A stretch of 64,000 nt of DNA from Gemmatimonadota bacterium (GCA_034521595.1 JAXHMG010000003.1:2336001-2400000); one strand, 5' to 3'; positions 49,335 to 62,420 are shown, counted from the stretch's first letter. A program made the numbers and translations. The notes: generated from the sequence alone by a model not told the origin.

Positions 49335-52145
49335 TCAGAACGCCAAGCGAATCGAAAGTTGGAGCGACGCACCCGGAAGGTGCCGCTCCAGACGGCGGTA
49401 CGACGTCGATCCGTCCTCGCCCACGACGCGGGCGAGAGAGTAGTCGAGCACCTGGCGCGAGCCAACGTTCCGCACTTCGGCTCGCAATTCGGCGAGCGGG
49501 CCTCCAGCCACGCGTCCGAGCCACGACGCACCGAGGTCGAGCTGGTGCAGCGTCGGGAGCGGGTCTCGCCCGGGCACGCCGATCTCGGGCCCGCCGTCGG
49601 TCCCGTGCAGCGTCAGAAAGTCATAGTACGCGCGCCGGAGTCCCCAGGTGCGCCCCCACACCACACCGGATTCGCCCTCGATCGCAAACCCCGCGGCTAC
49701 CGGCAAACGGACAGACGAATCCAGCCGATGGGGCTCGCTCCAGGGGGTCGGCTGGGGGCTGTCGCCGAAGCGTGAAGGGAAGGTGCGTTCGGAGACACTC
49801 CGGTCGTATCCGGCCGCGACGCGCAGTCGCCCGTCCTCCCAGGAAGCACGCACGCCCGCCCCGTAGGCGTCCCCCCGAGAAACGCCGACGAACCGGTCCT
49901 GGTCGACCACGACGACTTCACCCGCGTGGGCGGCCGTTAGCGCGCCGTAATCGAGCGCGAGCACGCGGTCCATCCACTTCCGGTACACCTCGGCCCGCAA
50001 CTCCAGCCTCGGGTCGGGGCGGGCCGCCAGCTCGAGCGCCAGGTGCCGCGCCCTGGCCGGTTCCACGGAACCGTCCGAGGGAATCCAGAAGCGGATCTCG
50101 GGCACGAGCGCGCTCGGCCCTACGCTCGTGAGCTCGAACTGGTCCACGAATTGGCGGTAGAGGCCCCCGGCGAGCTGAAGCGACCACGGACCGAGCAGGT
50201 CCGAGGCAGCGTCGACACGGACCGATCCGCGAGGCTCGACGAAGACGTCGCCTCCACCCACGGCGGTGACACGCGCGCCCCCTTCGAGGACGACGTGCCT
50301 TCCGAGCGTCCATCGATCCTCGACGTACCCCGCGAACCGCCATCCGGCCACTTCGGACTGAAGCGGCAGAACGAATCCGTTATCGAGCCGGAATCGGCTG
50401 TCCACGCGCACCAGCTCCACGCCGCCGGTCAGGAAATGACCGTCACCCGCGGCGAGGTCGCCCGCGAGCTCGGCTCCGATCTCCCGGACCCGATTCCCCT
50501 CGCCGGCACGGGGACGCGCGTCGAGGAGCTCGAGAAGCTCTCGTTCGATCTCCGGAATGCTCGCGGAGCCGGGCTGGTAGCCCACTTGCTCGCCGTCCAC
50601 GAGCCCGTACCGGTGATCGAGCTCGTGCTCGCTGCCCCAGGCCCGGGCACGGAGCGCGCCGCGATCTCCGACCAGCCAGTCCATCTCGACGGTGCTCAGC
50701 ACGTTCGACCAGGCATACCGGTCACGTGTGACCATCAGGCGGTCCAGTGTGCCCGATTCCGGGTCGGTGCCCGAATTGAAGAGCTCGGTGGCGACCCGGT
50801 TCGAACCTCGGTAGAAGGAGGCGCGCAGCGTGCGGAAGCCGGGATAGCGGATGCGCATGGCCGCGTGCACGTCGGAGAAGCCCACATCCGAGCCGTGTCG
50901 GTGCGCGTCGAAGCGGAGGGCGTCGGTCGGACGGTCTCCGTCGTCTCCGAGGAGGCGCCTCGTGATCACGGGATCGACCTGGTTCCAGTCGCGCAGCGCG
51001 TCGTCGAGCGCCGGCTCCCGGTACACGTCCCAGAGGCTTCCCCGGACGGACGCCATGACCCATCCTTCCCCGCCGAGCGCGGTCACGGGTAGCGACACCC
51101 CTCCGGTCACGCTCAGCGGATCGGCGTGCACGGTGAGCCCGCCCTCGCCCATGGGATCCTCGACGCGGTGCTCCACGTCGATCACTCCGCCGGCAAAGCT
51201 CCCCTCGTCGACTCCGAAGCCGGCCTTGTGCACCGTGATCCGGCGGAGCGCCAGCGGGCTGAACGCGCTCCTCGTCCGCCCGAGCGCGACCGGATCGAAC
51301 ACGGGCGCGCCGTCCAGGCGGACCATATGCTCGCCCGGCGCGCTCCCCTGCACGGAGAGATCGGCGAAGAGCGGCCGCCGGCTCACGCCGAGTCCCGAGC
51401 GCGCCTGCGAGGAGACGTCCCCGTCCTCCGGCATCCCCGAAGCGAAATCGGAGGCCGTCCACGAGCCGATGCCCGCGAAGCCACCCACGTGCTCCAGCCC
51501 GTCGACCACGATCGGGTCCAACTCGAGCGCCAGGGGATCGAGCTGGACGCTACGCCGCTGGGTCGACGCGGCTCCGATCTCCACCGACAGCACGCGGGGC
51601 GCGTAACCGATGCGAGAGATCCGGAGCTCGTGCGGGCCCGGAAGCAGCCGGGGCAGGAGAAAGAGGCCGGCACCGTTGGAGAACACCCGACCCGAGCCAT
51701 CCGCGAGCTCGATCGCCGCGGAAGGCACGGGCTCTCCGGTGAGGGCATCGACGATCTCCCCCGCCAGCGTTCCGTACGACGGCAGCTCCTCCGGCTCGGC
51801 GATGACTACGTAGGTGCCCGACGAGAGCTGGTAGAAGTCGAGCCCCGCGCCGTGCACGACGCAGCGTAGAAGCTCCTCGGCCGAGGCGTCCTCGGAACGG
51901 CACACGGTGCGCTTCCCCATGACGACATCCGACGAGTACACCAGGCTGATACCGGTCATGGACACGAGGTCCTCCAGCGCTCTGCCCACCGGAACGTCAC
52001 GCAGGGCCAGGTCGTACGTCTCGGCCTGGCCCGACGCGTCCGCCGCGGAGGTGGCGATCATCAGGCAGCACGAGAGCGCCACGAGGAGCCCCCGGCCGGC
52101 GCAACCGGCACCGCGCGCCCGACCCGGTCTCAGAACAGCTCCCAT
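49335..52145 (-). CDS. TonB-dependent transducer with N-terminal STN signalling domain
   Basis: Start MGAVLRP overlaps the fecR end; STN-like LALRDVPVGRALEDL..GISLVY; carboxypeptidase-regulatory domain; ends IRLAF. Confidence 0.85.
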   Translation of the reverse strand: MGAVLRPGRARGAGCAGRGLLVALSCCLMIATSAADASGQAETYDLALRDVPVGRALEDLVSMTGISLVYSSDVVMGKRTVCRSEDASAEELLRCVVHGAGLDFYQLSSGTYVVIAEPEELPSYGTLAGEIVDALTGEPVPSAAIELADGSGRVFSNGAGLFLLPRLLPGPHELRISRIGYAPRVLSVEIGAASTQRRSVQLDPLALELDPIVVDGLEHVGGFAGIGSWTASDFASGMPEDGDVSSQARSGLGVSRRPLFADLSVQGSAPGEHMVRLDGAPVFDPVALGRTRSAFSPLALRRITVHKAGFGVDEGSFAGGVIDVEHRVEDPMGEGGLTVHADPLSVTGGVSLPVTALGGEGWVMASVRGSLWDVYREPALDDALRDWNQVDPVITRRLLGDDGDRPTDALRFDAHRHGSDVGFSDVHAAMRIRYPGFRTLRASFYRGSNRVATELFNSGTDPESGTLDRLMVTRDRYAWSNVLSTVEMDWLVGDRGALRARAWGSEHELDHRYGLVDGEQVGYQPGSASIPEIERELLELLDARPRAGEGNRVREIGAELAGDLAAGDGHFLTGGVELVRVDSRFRLDNGFVLPLQSEVAGWRFAGYVEDRWTLGRHVVLEGGARVTAVGGGDVFVEPRGSVRVDAASDLLGPWSLQLAGGLYRQFVDQFELTSVGPSALVPEIRFWIPSDGSVEPARARHLALELAARPDPRLELRAEVYRKWMDRVLALDYGALTAAHAGEVVVVDQDRFVGVSRGDAYGAGVRASWEDGRLRVAAGYDRSVSERTFPSRFGDSPQPTPWSEPHRLDSSVRLPVAAGFAIEGESGVVWGRTWGLRRAYYDFLTLHGTDGGPEIGVPGRDPLPTLHQLDLGASWLGRVAGGPLAELRAEVRNVGSRQVLDYSLARVVGEDGSTSYRRLERHLPGASLQLSIRLAF

Positions 52146-53128
52146 CCGTCGGACATTCTCCGGACCTGGAGGCTCTGCTGAGTCGCGAGGTCTCGGAGCA
52201 CCGTTTCGACCCCGGTCAGCAGCGGGTAGTAGGCGGTCACCCGCACCGACTCGTCGACCGAATCCGCCAGGCTCACGTTCCTGCCGAACCGGAGCGCGAG
52301 CTCGTCGACCACGGAGAACAGGGGCTCGTTGGACACGGTCAGGCCACCGCTCCGCCAAGCCGCGATCCGGTCGAGCGCGACCGGCGACGGCGTCAGCTCT
52401 GCGATCCCCTGTGCGACCCGGACCGACTCCCCGGCACCCAACTCGGCCACCGCCTCCGATCCCTCCGCGGCCACGCGAACGCGTCCTTCCTCGACGTCGA
52501 CACGCACTCCGGGCGCTGCCCCCCCGGACTCCGAGCGGGCGCGTACGTTGAACCGGGTCCCGAGCACGGTGACCCGGGCCGCCCCGGCCACGACTTCGAA
52601 CGGCCGGTCGGATCTCGCCACGTCGAAGAACGCTTCTCCTTCCAGACGGACGACGCGCCGACCCTGCGGCACCCCGGGCAGCACGTCGAAGCCCCGGGGG
52701 AACCGCAGGGTCGATCCCGCATTGAGCTCGACGGACGAGCCGTCCGGAAGCGCCGCCACGAGGCGCTCGCCGGCGAGCGCGGCGTGCGTCACGGGAATCT
52801 GCTGCCAGATCGCGACGCCCCCGGCCAACACCACGACAGCCGCCGCTATGCGAAGTCCTGCCGACCGCATGCTCCACCGCGCCCGGCGCCGCCGGGCATG
52901 CCCATCCCACTCGGCATGCCGCGCACCGTCCGTGCCGGAGCGTTCCGTATCGTCACCCCGAAGCGCCAGCTTACGGCTGAGCGCCTCCCAGGCCGCATTC
53001 GTACGCTCGGGCGCCACCGGAGTGTCGTCATCGGCCGCCTCGAGGGCCTTCCAAACGGCTTCGAGCTCGTCCGCGTCCGGCTCGTCCGCGAGGCTGCGCG
53101 GGAATCGATGGTTATCGTGCTTCTTCAT
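52130..53128 (-). CDS. FecR family anti-sigma factor
   Basis: One TM, LPDGSSVELNAGSTL, LEGEAFFDV, VTVLGTRFNV, AAWRSG. ATGA overlap with the sigma gene. Confidence 0.93.
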   Translation of the reverse strand: MKKHDNHRFPRSLADEPDADELEAVWKALEAADDDTPVAPERTNAAWEALSRKLALRGDDTERSGTDGARHAEWDGHARRRRARWSMRSAGLRIAAAVVVLAGGVAIWQQIPVTHAALAGERLVAALPDGSSVELNAGSTLRFPRGFDVLPGVPQGRRVVRLEGEAFFDVARSDRPFEVVAGAARVTVLGTRFNVRARSESGGAAPGVRVDVEEGRVRVAAEGSEAVAELGAGESVRVAQGIAELTPSPVALDRIAAWRSGGLTVSNEPLFSVVDELALRFGRNVSLADSVDESVRVTAYYPLLTGVETVLRDLATQQSLQVRRMSDGWELF

Positions 53129-53751
53129 GAATCCAACAGCGAGGGCTCGTGCGCGCGCACCCGGTCCCGGATGGCGTGCAGAGCTTTGACCAGATGATTG
53201 TTCACGGTTCGAGGCGAGACCCCCATCGCTTCGGCCACCTGCTCGTGCGACAGGCCGTGGAACCGGCTCAACTCGAGGGCCTCCCTCTGCCTCTCGGGTA
53301 ACTCGGCAATCCACCCCCTGAGCCGGTCGGCGAAGTCCTCGCGAGCGAGCTCCTCGTCGGGCTCGGGAGCCGACACCGTCGGAGCCTCGTAACGCTCCGA
53401 GAGGAGCTTCTCCTGCGTCTTCGCGTCCCGGATCCGGTTCAGGCACAGGTTCCGGACCGTTCGATACGCGAAAGCCTTGAGGGACTGTCCGGGATCGATC
53501 CGGGCGCGGCTCTCCCAGAGCCGAACGAACGCGTCCTGGACCACATCCTCGGCCGTGGATTCCGCTACGAACCGCGTCGCGTACCGCACGAGCGGGCCGT
53601 GGACAGCCCGGAAGAACGCCTCCAGCGCCGCCGCATCGGATTCCCGGATCTTCCGTGCCCATACACGGAAGAGGTCGAGATCGTCCGAGGTGCTCGGCTG
53701 CAGGGGATTCACCTGAACGCGGGTTTGGAACCGTGTCGTCGCGTTGAGCAT
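53125..53751 (-). CDS. ECF RNA polymerase sigma-70 factor (FecI-like)
   Basis: AEDVVQDAFVRLW, LPERQREALELSRFHGLSHEQVAEAMGVSPRTVNNHL. Confidence 0.95.
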   Translation of the reverse strand: MLNATTRFQTRVQVNPLQPSTSDDLDLFRVWARKIRESDAAALEAFFRAVHGPLVRYATRFVAESTAEDVVQDAFVRLWESRARIDPGQSLKAFAYRTVRNLCLNRIRDAKTQEKLLSERYEAPTVSAPEPDEELAREDFADRLRGWIAELPERQREALELSRFHGLSHEQVAEAMGVSPRTVNNHLVKALHAIRDRVRAHEPSLLDS

Positions 53752-53781
53752 GGCTTCGGGGCGGAGTGGAGGTCGCCTTGT

Positions 53782-53809
53782 CTACCCACCGGTCGCCGCG
53801 ATTGACTAC
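53782..53809 (-). promoter_or_regulatory. Putative autoregulatory ECF promoter
   Basis: GTAGTC-N16-GGGTAG about 30 bp upstream of the sigma start. Confidence 0.65.
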
Positions 53810-53850
53810 TCGTGGCTCGCCGAGCCACGACGCCCCCCTCACCCCCGAGC

Positions 53851-55158
53851 TCAGCCCTCATCCAGCGCGGCCAGCACATGCTCGATGACCGCATCGAACG
53901 CGCTCCCTTGGATCCAGCGCGTCACGACGACCAGGTCGTGCACCGGATCGACATAGACGATGTTCGCCCCTGCTCCACGATGTGCCCAGGCCTCTTCGGG
54001 CGCGCTCGGATACATCTCGCCGTCGGTATTCAGGAAGTAGTTCATGAACCCGTACCCCGAGTTCGCGGAACCCGGAACCCTCGACCGGTCCACCCAGTCC
54101 TCCGAGACGATCCGCCGGTTCCCCCATCGTCCTTCGTGGAGCGTCAGGAGTCCCAACCGCGCTTGGTCATAAGCGTTGATGAACATCCCGCCGCCCCAAT
54201 GGCTCCCGCCACTCACGACCTGGACACGATGACCGTTCAGATTGATCCACGAGTTCTCGTACCCGTGCCACTGCCAGGTCGTGGACGCTCCGATGGGGGC
54301 CATCACCCGCTCGTGCAACACCTCGGCGAGCGGCTTCCGCCACACCGCGGTGGCGGCCAGCGCGAGAAGGTTCACGCGGGTGTCGTTGTACTCGTAGACG
54401 GTGCCCGGCTCGTTACGCGGCCGGGTGAGCCACGTCGAAGGGTCGCGGTCCGGACGATCCGCCCACTCGGGCTTACCCCAGAGCGTGCCCTCCCAGTCGC
54501 TGGTCTGCCGCAGAAGGTGATCCCAGGTGATCCGGCGATTGTGCTCGGACTCGAAGAGCAGCTTCGGGCGGCGGCCGTCTTGGTCTCCCGGCTCTCCGTC
54601 CCCGTGCTCGAGGACGATCGGAGGCATGTAGTCCCCCACCCGATCGTCCACGCTGCGGATAACGCCCTCATCGACCGCGATTCCTACGGTCGTCGACAGG
54701 AAGCTCTTCGCGATGCTGAACGTCTGATCCACCCGTGCGGGCTCACCCCACTCCGCTACGATGTAGCCGTGCCGGATGACGAGTCCGGTCTGAGGTCCCC
54801 GATCGCCGAATGGACCAATGGCCTCGCCCCGGGGCTCGCGGCCGAACGTCATGTCGTGGTTGAGGCGGAGGTCCCGCGGAGCCTCGGACTCCGACGCGAT
54901 CGCGAGCTCGATGGCATCTTGCAAGGCGTCCGGGTCGAACCCGACCTCCGCCGGCTCGCGTCGCTCCCAGTCGGGGTGCGCGCCGGGGAAGTAGCCCTGC
55001 GCTTCGCCCGCACTCGGGAACGCCACCATCAGGAGGATCAGGGCCATCAAGCCGGCGGGCAGCGTCCGCCTCCAACCCGTGCCTGGCCCGCCCCTCGGCC
55101 GGGGCCCCTCCTTGCTCCGTTTCAGTTCCCCCTGCGCACATTCGACTTCAACCTTCAT
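53851..55158 (-). CDS. Serine hydrolase, beta-lactamase class C-like
   Basis: FSIAKS (SxxK), HLLRQTS, YEYND (YxN), HRGAG; RBS AGGAGG. Confidence 0.9.
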   Translation of the reverse strand: MKVEVECAQGELKRSKEGPRPRGGPGTGWRRTLPAGLMALILLMVAFPSAGEAQGYFPGAHPDWERREPAEVGFDPDALQDAIELAIASESEAPRDLRLNHDMTFGREPRGEAIGPFGDRGPQTGLVIRHGYIVAEWGEPARVDQTFSIAKSFLSTTVGIAVDEGVIRSVDDRVGDYMPPIVLEHGDGEPGDQDGRRPKLLFESEHNRRITWDHLLRQTSDWEGTLWGKPEWADRPDRDPSTWLTRPRNEPGTVYEYNDTRVNLLALAATAVWRKPLAEVLHERVMAPIGASTTWQWHGYENSWINLNGHRVQVVSGGSHWGGGMFINAYDQARLGLLTLHEGRWGNRRIVSEDWVDRSRVPGSANSGYGFMNYFLNTDGEMYPSAPEEAWAHRGAGANIVYVDPVHDLVVVTRWIQGSAFDAVIEHVLAALDEG

Positions 55159-55360
55159 CGCCATCCTCCTCGGAAACGACACCCATGGGCACGCACGGTG
55201 AACATGCGACGGTTCGGGACGTCCCACCAGCGTCCACGTCCGCGCGATCTGCTCCCCTTGGCCGGGCGAGGCGTTACGGGCAGCTTTCGCGAAGCGATCG
55301 GGGGCCGGGTGTGAGGGCTTCGAAACGCGAGCGTGTGACCCCCGTCAAGGAGAGCTCCGC

Positions 55361-57262
55361 GTGAACGACAACCAAGAGCGTGATCCGTCGCGACGAGGAC
55401 CGTCCGACCCGTCCTCGAATCCTCCGGACCCTCGCATGGGGTGCATACGGGGCCTTTTCTGGGCGTTCCTCCTCTTTCTGACCTACACGCTCGTTCGGCA
55501 GTTCACGGCTCCCGCGGCCGACGCGACCACGCTGCCGTACACGGCCTTCACCCAGGAGCTGCGGGACGACAACGTCGTCGAGGTCACCGTCCAGGGAGAG
55601 GAAGTCCGTGGCATCCTGCGCGCGCCCGTGGAATGGGTGGAGGAGGGAGACACCGCCGAAGTCACGGAGTTCGTGACCTACATGCCGTCGTTCGGCGACC
55701 CCGACCTGCTCGCCCGGCTCGACGAAGCCGGCGTCGAGGTCCGGACTCTGCCCGAGCGCGACACGACGTGGATCCAGCTCCTCCTGTGGGGCGTGCTCCC
55801 GATCCTCATCCTCGGTGGGATCATGCTCTTCGTGCTCCGAGGCATGGCCGGCCGCGCCCAGTCGTTTCTCTCGATCGGCAAGAGCCAGGCGAAAGAGCAC
55901 GAGCGTGAGGGACCACAGACGACGTTCGACGACGTGGCCGGCGCTGCGGGCGCGAAATCGGAGCTGCAGGAGATCGTCGCGTTTCTCAAGGAACCCGCCC
56001 GTTTCCACGCGCTCGGCGCGGAAGTCCCGAAGGGTGTCCTCCTCGTGGGACCGCCGGGCACGGGGAAGACGCTTCTCGCCCGGGCGGTCGCCGGCGAGGC
56101 CGACGTCTCGTTCTTCGTGATCACCGGATCGGACTTCATGGAGATGTTCGTCGGCGTCGGCGCCAAGCGGGTGCGTGCCCTGTTCGACCAGGCGAAGGAG
56201 AACGCCCCCAGCATCATCTTCATCGACGAGCTCGACTCGATCGGACGGCAGCGAGGAACCGGGCTCGGCGGGGGGCACGACGAGCGGGAGCAAACACTCA
56301 ACCAGCTTCTGTCCGAGCTCGACGGCTTCGAGCCGGCGGAGAACGTCATCGTCATGGCGGCGTCGAATCGACCCGACATCCTCGATCCCGCGCTCCTGCG
56401 GCCCGGCCGCTTCGATCGCCGCATCAGCGTGGACCTCCCGTCCGCAGGCGAGCGGCTGGAGATCCTTCGCCTGCACGCCCGCGAGCTTCCGCTGGAACCG
56501 GAGGTGGACCTCGATCCCCTGGCGCGGGGCACGCCCGGCTTCAGCGGCGCCGACTTGAAGAACGTGCTCAACGAGGCTGCGCTCGCCGCGGCACGGCACG
56601 GGAAGACCCGCATCGGCCCTGGAGAGATCGAAGGCGCTCACGACCGCATCCTCCTGGGACTCGAGCGAGAGGGGCTCGCCCTCACCGACGACGAGATGCG
56701 GCTGCTCGCGTATCACGAGGGCGGACATGCGATCGTCGCGGCCACCCTGCCGAACACGGACCCGGTCCACAAGGTGACGATCGTTCCCCGCGGACGCGCC
56801 ATGGGCACCACCCACCAACTACCCGAGCGCGAGCGCTATATCTGGCGGCGCGAGGACCTTCTCGACCAGCTCGCGCTACTCCTGGGCGGCCGGGCCGCGG
56901 AAGACCTCGTCTTCGGCACGGTGACCAGCGGCGCGGAAGACGACCTTCAGCGCGCCACGGAGACCGCGCGACGCATGGTGTCGCGGTGGGGCATGAGCGA
57001 CTCTCTCGGACCCTTCTCTTCCGGAGGGCCGGAAGAAGTGTTCATCGGGCAACAGCTCGCCCGCGGCCGGGACCACAGCGAGGCGACCGCCCGCGCGGTC
57101 GACGGAGAGGTGCGGCGGATCCTCGACGACGCCGCCAACCGGGCCCGAGAAACCCTCGAGCAGCACCGTGACGCGCTCGAACAGGTGGTTGCCCTCCTCC
57201 TCGAAAAGGAGGAGGTCTCCGGTGACGAGGTCGCCGAAGCTCTTGGCCGGAAGGACGCTTAA
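55361..57262 (+). CDS. ftsH: ATP-dependent zinc metalloprotease FtsH
   Basis: Two [31 protein letters not shown]. Confidence 0.97.
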   Translation: MNDNQERDPSRRGPSDPSSNPPDPRMGCIRGLFWAFLLFLTYTLVRQFTAPAADATTLPYTAFTQELRDDNVVEVTVQGEEVRGILRAPVEWVEEGDTAEVTEFVTYMPSFGDPDLLARLDEAGVEVRTLPERDTTWIQLLLWGVLPILILGGIMLFVLRGMAGRAQSFLSIGKSQAKEHEREGPQTTFDDVAGAAGAKSELQEIVAFLKEPARFHALGAEVPKGVLLVGPPGTGKTLLARAVAGEADVSFFVITGSDFMEMFVGVGAKRVRALFDQAKENAPSIIFIDELDSIGRQRGTGLGGGHDEREQTLNQLLSELDGFEPAENVIVMAASNRPDILDPALLRPGRFDRRISVDLPSAGERLEILRLHARELPLEPEVDLDPLARGTPGFSGADLKNVLNEAALAAARHGKTRIGPGEIEGAHDRILLGLEREGLALTDDEMRLLAYHEGGHAIVAATLPNTDPVHKVTIVPRGRAMGTTHQLPERERYIWRREDLLDQLALLLGGRAAEDLVFGTVTSGAEDDLQRATETARRMVSRWGMSDSLGPFSSGGPEEVFIGQQLARGRDHSEATARAVDGEVRRILDDAANRARETLEQHRDALEQVVALLLEKEEVSGDEVAEALGRKDA

Positions 57263-58032
57263 CCGTCCTTCCCCGCCGCGTCCACGGGCTTTGCCCGCAG
57301 CGTGGCCTTCACCAGATCCCGGTTCAACTGCGCGATGTAGTCGATGCTGATCCCCTTCGGGCAGGCCACTTCACACGCGCCGTGGTTCGTGCAGTTGCCG
57401 AACCCTTCGTCGTCGTGCTGCTCGACCATCGACAGCACCCGCCCTTGCCGCTCGGGCTGACCCTGTGGGACGCTCGCGAGGTGCGCGACCTTCGACGCGG
57501 TGAAGAGCATCGCCGATGCGTTCGGGCACGCCGCGACGCACGCGCCGCATCCGATGCACGTGGCGGCGTCGAACGCCGCGTCGGCCTTGTCCTTCTCGAT
57601 CGGGATGGCGTTGCCGTCCGGCGCGCTGCCCGTCCGAACCGAGATGTACCCTCCGGCTTGGACGATCCGGTCGAAGCCGGCCCGGTCCACGACGAGATCC
57701 TTGATTACGGGAAACGCGTTGGCGCGCCACGGCTCGATCCAGATTTCCTCGCCATCGTTGAAGGAGCGCATGTGGAGTTGGCACGCCGTGGTGAGCGTCT
57801 TCGGCCCGTGCGGCACGCCGTTGATCATCATCCCGCACGATCCGCAGATCCCTTCGCGGCAATCGTGCTCGAATGCGATCGGCTCCTTGCCTTCCTCGGT
57901 GAGCCGCTCGTTGAGCACGTCGAGCATCTCGAGGAACGACATGTGCTCCGAGACGTCGTCCGCCTCGTACCGCTCGAATCGTCCGGTGTCGCGCGCCCCG
58001 TCCTGACGCCACACGTGCAGGGTCAGCTTCAT
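57259..58032 (-). CDS. sdhB: Succinate dehydrogenase/fumarate reductase iron-sulfur subunit
   Basis: [33 protein letters not shown]. Confidence 0.96.
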   Translation of the reverse strand: MKLTLHVWRQDGARDTGRFERYEADDVSEHMSFLEMLDVLNERLTEEGKEPIAFEHDCREGICGSCGMMINGVPHGPKTLTTACQLHMRSFNDGEEIWIEPWRANAFPVIKDLVVDRAGFDRIVQAGGYISVRTGSAPDGNAIPIEKDKADAAFDAATCIGCGACVAACPNASAMLFTASKVAHLASVPQGQPERQGRVLSMVEQHDDEGFGNCTNHGACEVACPKGISIDYIAQLNRDLVKATLRAKPVDAAGKDG

Positions 58033-58033
58033 C

Positions 58034-59950
<1,917 letters not shown>

Positions 59951-60012
59951 GGCTGGACGAACCTTTTTCGGCTGGAGTACTCGTGATGAGCCAAGGCGTA
60001 CATCTACGGGCT

Positions 60013-60705
60013 CTACGAGATGACGCCGGCCAGAACCAGCGTCGGGGGCGTGAGAAATCCGACGAAAACGACCACGGCGAACGCGGCCGCGAAGCGGCGG
60101 CGCATGTGGTTGTACTTCGGATGGTTCAAGCCCAGGGTCTGGAAGAAGCTCCACACCCCGTGGTAGAGGTGAAATCCGAGCGCGGCCTGGGCGACCAGGT
60201 ACACTCCGAAGATGAGGGGGCTCTGGAAGGCGCTCACGTAGTTCTGGTGCACCGCTCCAGCCACGAACTCGGGGTGTGCCTGCCCGGTGGTGAAGTGCAG
60301 GATGTGGTAGACGATGAAGAGCAGGAGGATGACCCCGCCCCACCGCATGGTCCGTGAAGCGTAGCTGAGGCTCAAGTCCTGGTTCTTGCCGTACGCCTTC
60401 GGCCGCGCCGCCCGGCTCCGTTGCGAAAGCTGGACCGCGGCCACGATGTGCACCACGACGGCAGCGAGCAACACCAACCGGAAGAGCCAGAGAAACCCGG
60501 CGTGTGGCAGGAGCGGATACCCGAACTCACGCAGGTATTCCGCATACACGTTCATCGGATAGTGGCCCGCTCCATCCACGGGGAACAACATCTTCAAGTT
60601 CCCCACCATGTGCATGAAGACGAACCCGAAGAGCACGACTCCCGAGACCGCCATCAGAACCTTCTTTCCGACGGTGCTACGGTAGAGTGTGGCTACGCGG
60701 CGCAT
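60013..60705 (-). CDS. sdhC: Succinate dehydrogenase cytochrome b558 subunit (5 TM, diheme type)
   Basis: [30 protein letters not shown]. Confidence 0.93.
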   Translation of the reverse strand: MRRVATLYRSTVGKKVLMAVSGVVLFGFVFMHMVGNLKMLFPVDGAGHYPMNVYAEYLREFGYPLLPHAGFLWLFRLVLLAAVVVHIVAAVQLSQRSRAARPKAYGKNQDLSLSYASRTMRWGGVILLLFIVYHILHFTTGQAHPEFVAGAVHQNYVSAFQSPLIFGVYLVAQAALGFHLYHGVWSFFQTLGLNHPKYNHMRRRFAAAFAVVVFVGFLTPPTLVLAGVIS

Positions 60706-60852
60706 TACGGCTCCCGTAGGGGTATCGACGCTTTTGGAACAGCCGTCCACGAGACGGACACGGCCCGTAATATGACGCGCGGGACGCTTGTGACAACGGC
60801 CTGCTCGTGAACGTGGCGGTCTCGGTCACTGCGGGAGCGAGCTTCCGGGGTG

Positions 60853-61515
60853 TTATCCGTCCCCGCGCTTTCGCAGAACCCAGGTCGTCATCGCCCGCAT
60901 CCCCTCGACGATCGTCGTCTTGACGGGGTCGAGCGGCTCCGCCCTCAGGTCGGCGGCGAGCCGCCCCAGGTATGCCTCGTCGACCAGGAAACGCTCACTT
61001 CCGTCCGGCAATCGGTGCCGGCGGCCACCGACGTGGACGACGTCATCCTCGATCCCGATCGACGACGCGAGCCTGGAGAAGAACACACCACCCGGTGCGA
61101 GCACGCGCCACATCTCGGCGAGCATTCCTTCGAACGCCGACGCGTCGTCCGCGAAGTGAAGCACCGCGCTGCAAATCACGGCATCGAAGCGACCGTCGGG
61201 GAACGGAAGGTCGGCCAAATCGCCCACCCGGAAGTTCTCGGCCGGCAGGTGCGGCGCGACTTCCGCCGCGAGCTTCTGAATGCGGTCGATCTGCTCGCGG
61301 TTCGAGTCCACGCCGAAGACCTCTCCGCCACATCGCATCAGATACGCGGCATTGCGGCCTCCGCCACAGCCGGCATCGAGGACCCTCATCTCCGGCCCGA
61401 GTCGCCCCCGAAGGAGCTGATCGAAAACGTAGATGTCGATATGCCCGAACGCGGCGAGGAGCTCACGGGCGCCACAGGGCAGGTCGGGGGTGGTCACGGT
61501 GTTCGAACCCTCCAT
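60853..61515 (-). CDS. Class I SAM-dependent methyltransferase
   Basis: VLDAGCGGGRN, FDAVICSAVLHF, RVLAPGG. Confidence 0.92.
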   Translation of the reverse strand: MEGSNTVTTPDLPCGARELLAAFGHIDIYVFDQLLRGRLGPEMRVLDAGCGGGRNAAYLMRCGGEVFGVDSNREQIDRIQKLAAEVAPHLPAENFRVGDLADLPFPDGRFDAVICSAVLHFADDASAFEGMLAEMWRVLAPGGVFFSRLASSIGIEDDVVHVGGRRHRLPDGSERFLVDEAYLGRLAADLRAEPLDPVKTTIVEGMRAMTTWVLRKRGDG

Positions 61516-61589
61516 GGTCGGTTGCGACAGCGGGCGCGCCCGAGGGATCTACGGATCGGCCTCTTCCTTACCCGTGAGCCAGCGCACCG

Positions 61590-62141
61590 TCACACCGCCC
61601 GCGACCGAGCAACGGACGTGATCAATCCACCCAAGACGGCGCATCCCAGCCACGCGGGAATCGTGACCGCCAGAAGATCGCTCCAGAGACCGCCGTGAAC
61701 GAGGCTCCACCCGGAGGTCCAGCCGGCCCACAACGCGAGCACTTCGAGCTGGTACGTGAGCTGAAAGCCCCGCTTCCGGTGGTGGACCGCGAGCCCGGCG
61801 CTCATGAGAACGAGCAGGGCCAGCGCGGTCAGACTCTCATAGTGCGTGGGCCCCGTGAACATCGGGCGGGCTGCCCGGGTCGCCATCCCGAACACGATGC
61901 TCCCCAGCACGATCACGGCGGGGCGTGCCCAGGATCGCGCGGCGGGCACCAATCGGGGAGCCGCGCCGGCGGGCGGCTCCGGCTCGGGCGTCTGTCCCGC
62001 GGCCGGCGTTCGGTCGGGAGCGACGTCCTTCGGTGGGCGCCGTCGCTCTCGCTCCAGGTAGTCCTTCAGGAACACCGCGCCGAGTGAAGAAGCGACCGAA
62101 AACATTCCCGAGATCACCGCGACTGCGACACTGCTGTCCAC
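61590..62141 (-). CDS. Hypothetical membrane protein
   Basis: RBS GGAGG before GTG; N-terminal TM, Pro-rich linker, about 4 TM. Confidence 0.6.
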   Translation of the reverse strand: MDSSVAVAVISGMFSVASSLGAVFLKDYLERERRRPPKDVAPDRTPAAGQTPEPEPPAGAAPRLVPAARSWARPAVIVLGSIVFGMATRAARPMFTGPTHYESLTALALLVLMSAGLAVHHRKRGFQLTYQLEVLALWAGWTSGWSLVHGGLWSDLLAVTIPAWLGCAVLGGLITSVARSRAV

Positions 62142-62239
62142 CGTATCGGCCTCCCTGCGGCCTGACGAGCGGGTCTGCGCATCCGTTACGACCCCAACAT
62201 GCGGAACGCGCGCGAGGCGCGCGAGCATTCCCCTCAGAG

Positions 62240-62420
62240 CACCACCTGATACTGATGTGGGTGATCAGACCCCCGCCACACTCCAGGAGATACGCTCGGT
62301 CACCGACGCGGGTGAAGGCCTGGACGTGTGGGTCGGACCCCGCAGCCCGGAGTGCCGGAACGACTTTCTGCCGACACCACCCCCGTGACCGGTGCCATGC
62401 ACGAGTACGAAGACCGTCAT
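62240..62420 (-). pseudogene. Frameshifted N-terminal remnant of alpha/beta esterase
   Basis: MTVFVLVHGTGHG, then a frameshift to WCRQKVVPALRAAG..FTRVGDRAYL..LITHI; resembles HGAWHGGWCW esterases. Confidence 0.7.

Noticed and set aside
52146-53842. Long N-terminal extensions of the 1191-aa and 570-aa ORFs, suggesting fusions
   Set aside because: The extensions are off-frame read-through of fecR and sigma; real starts are about 52145 and 53128.
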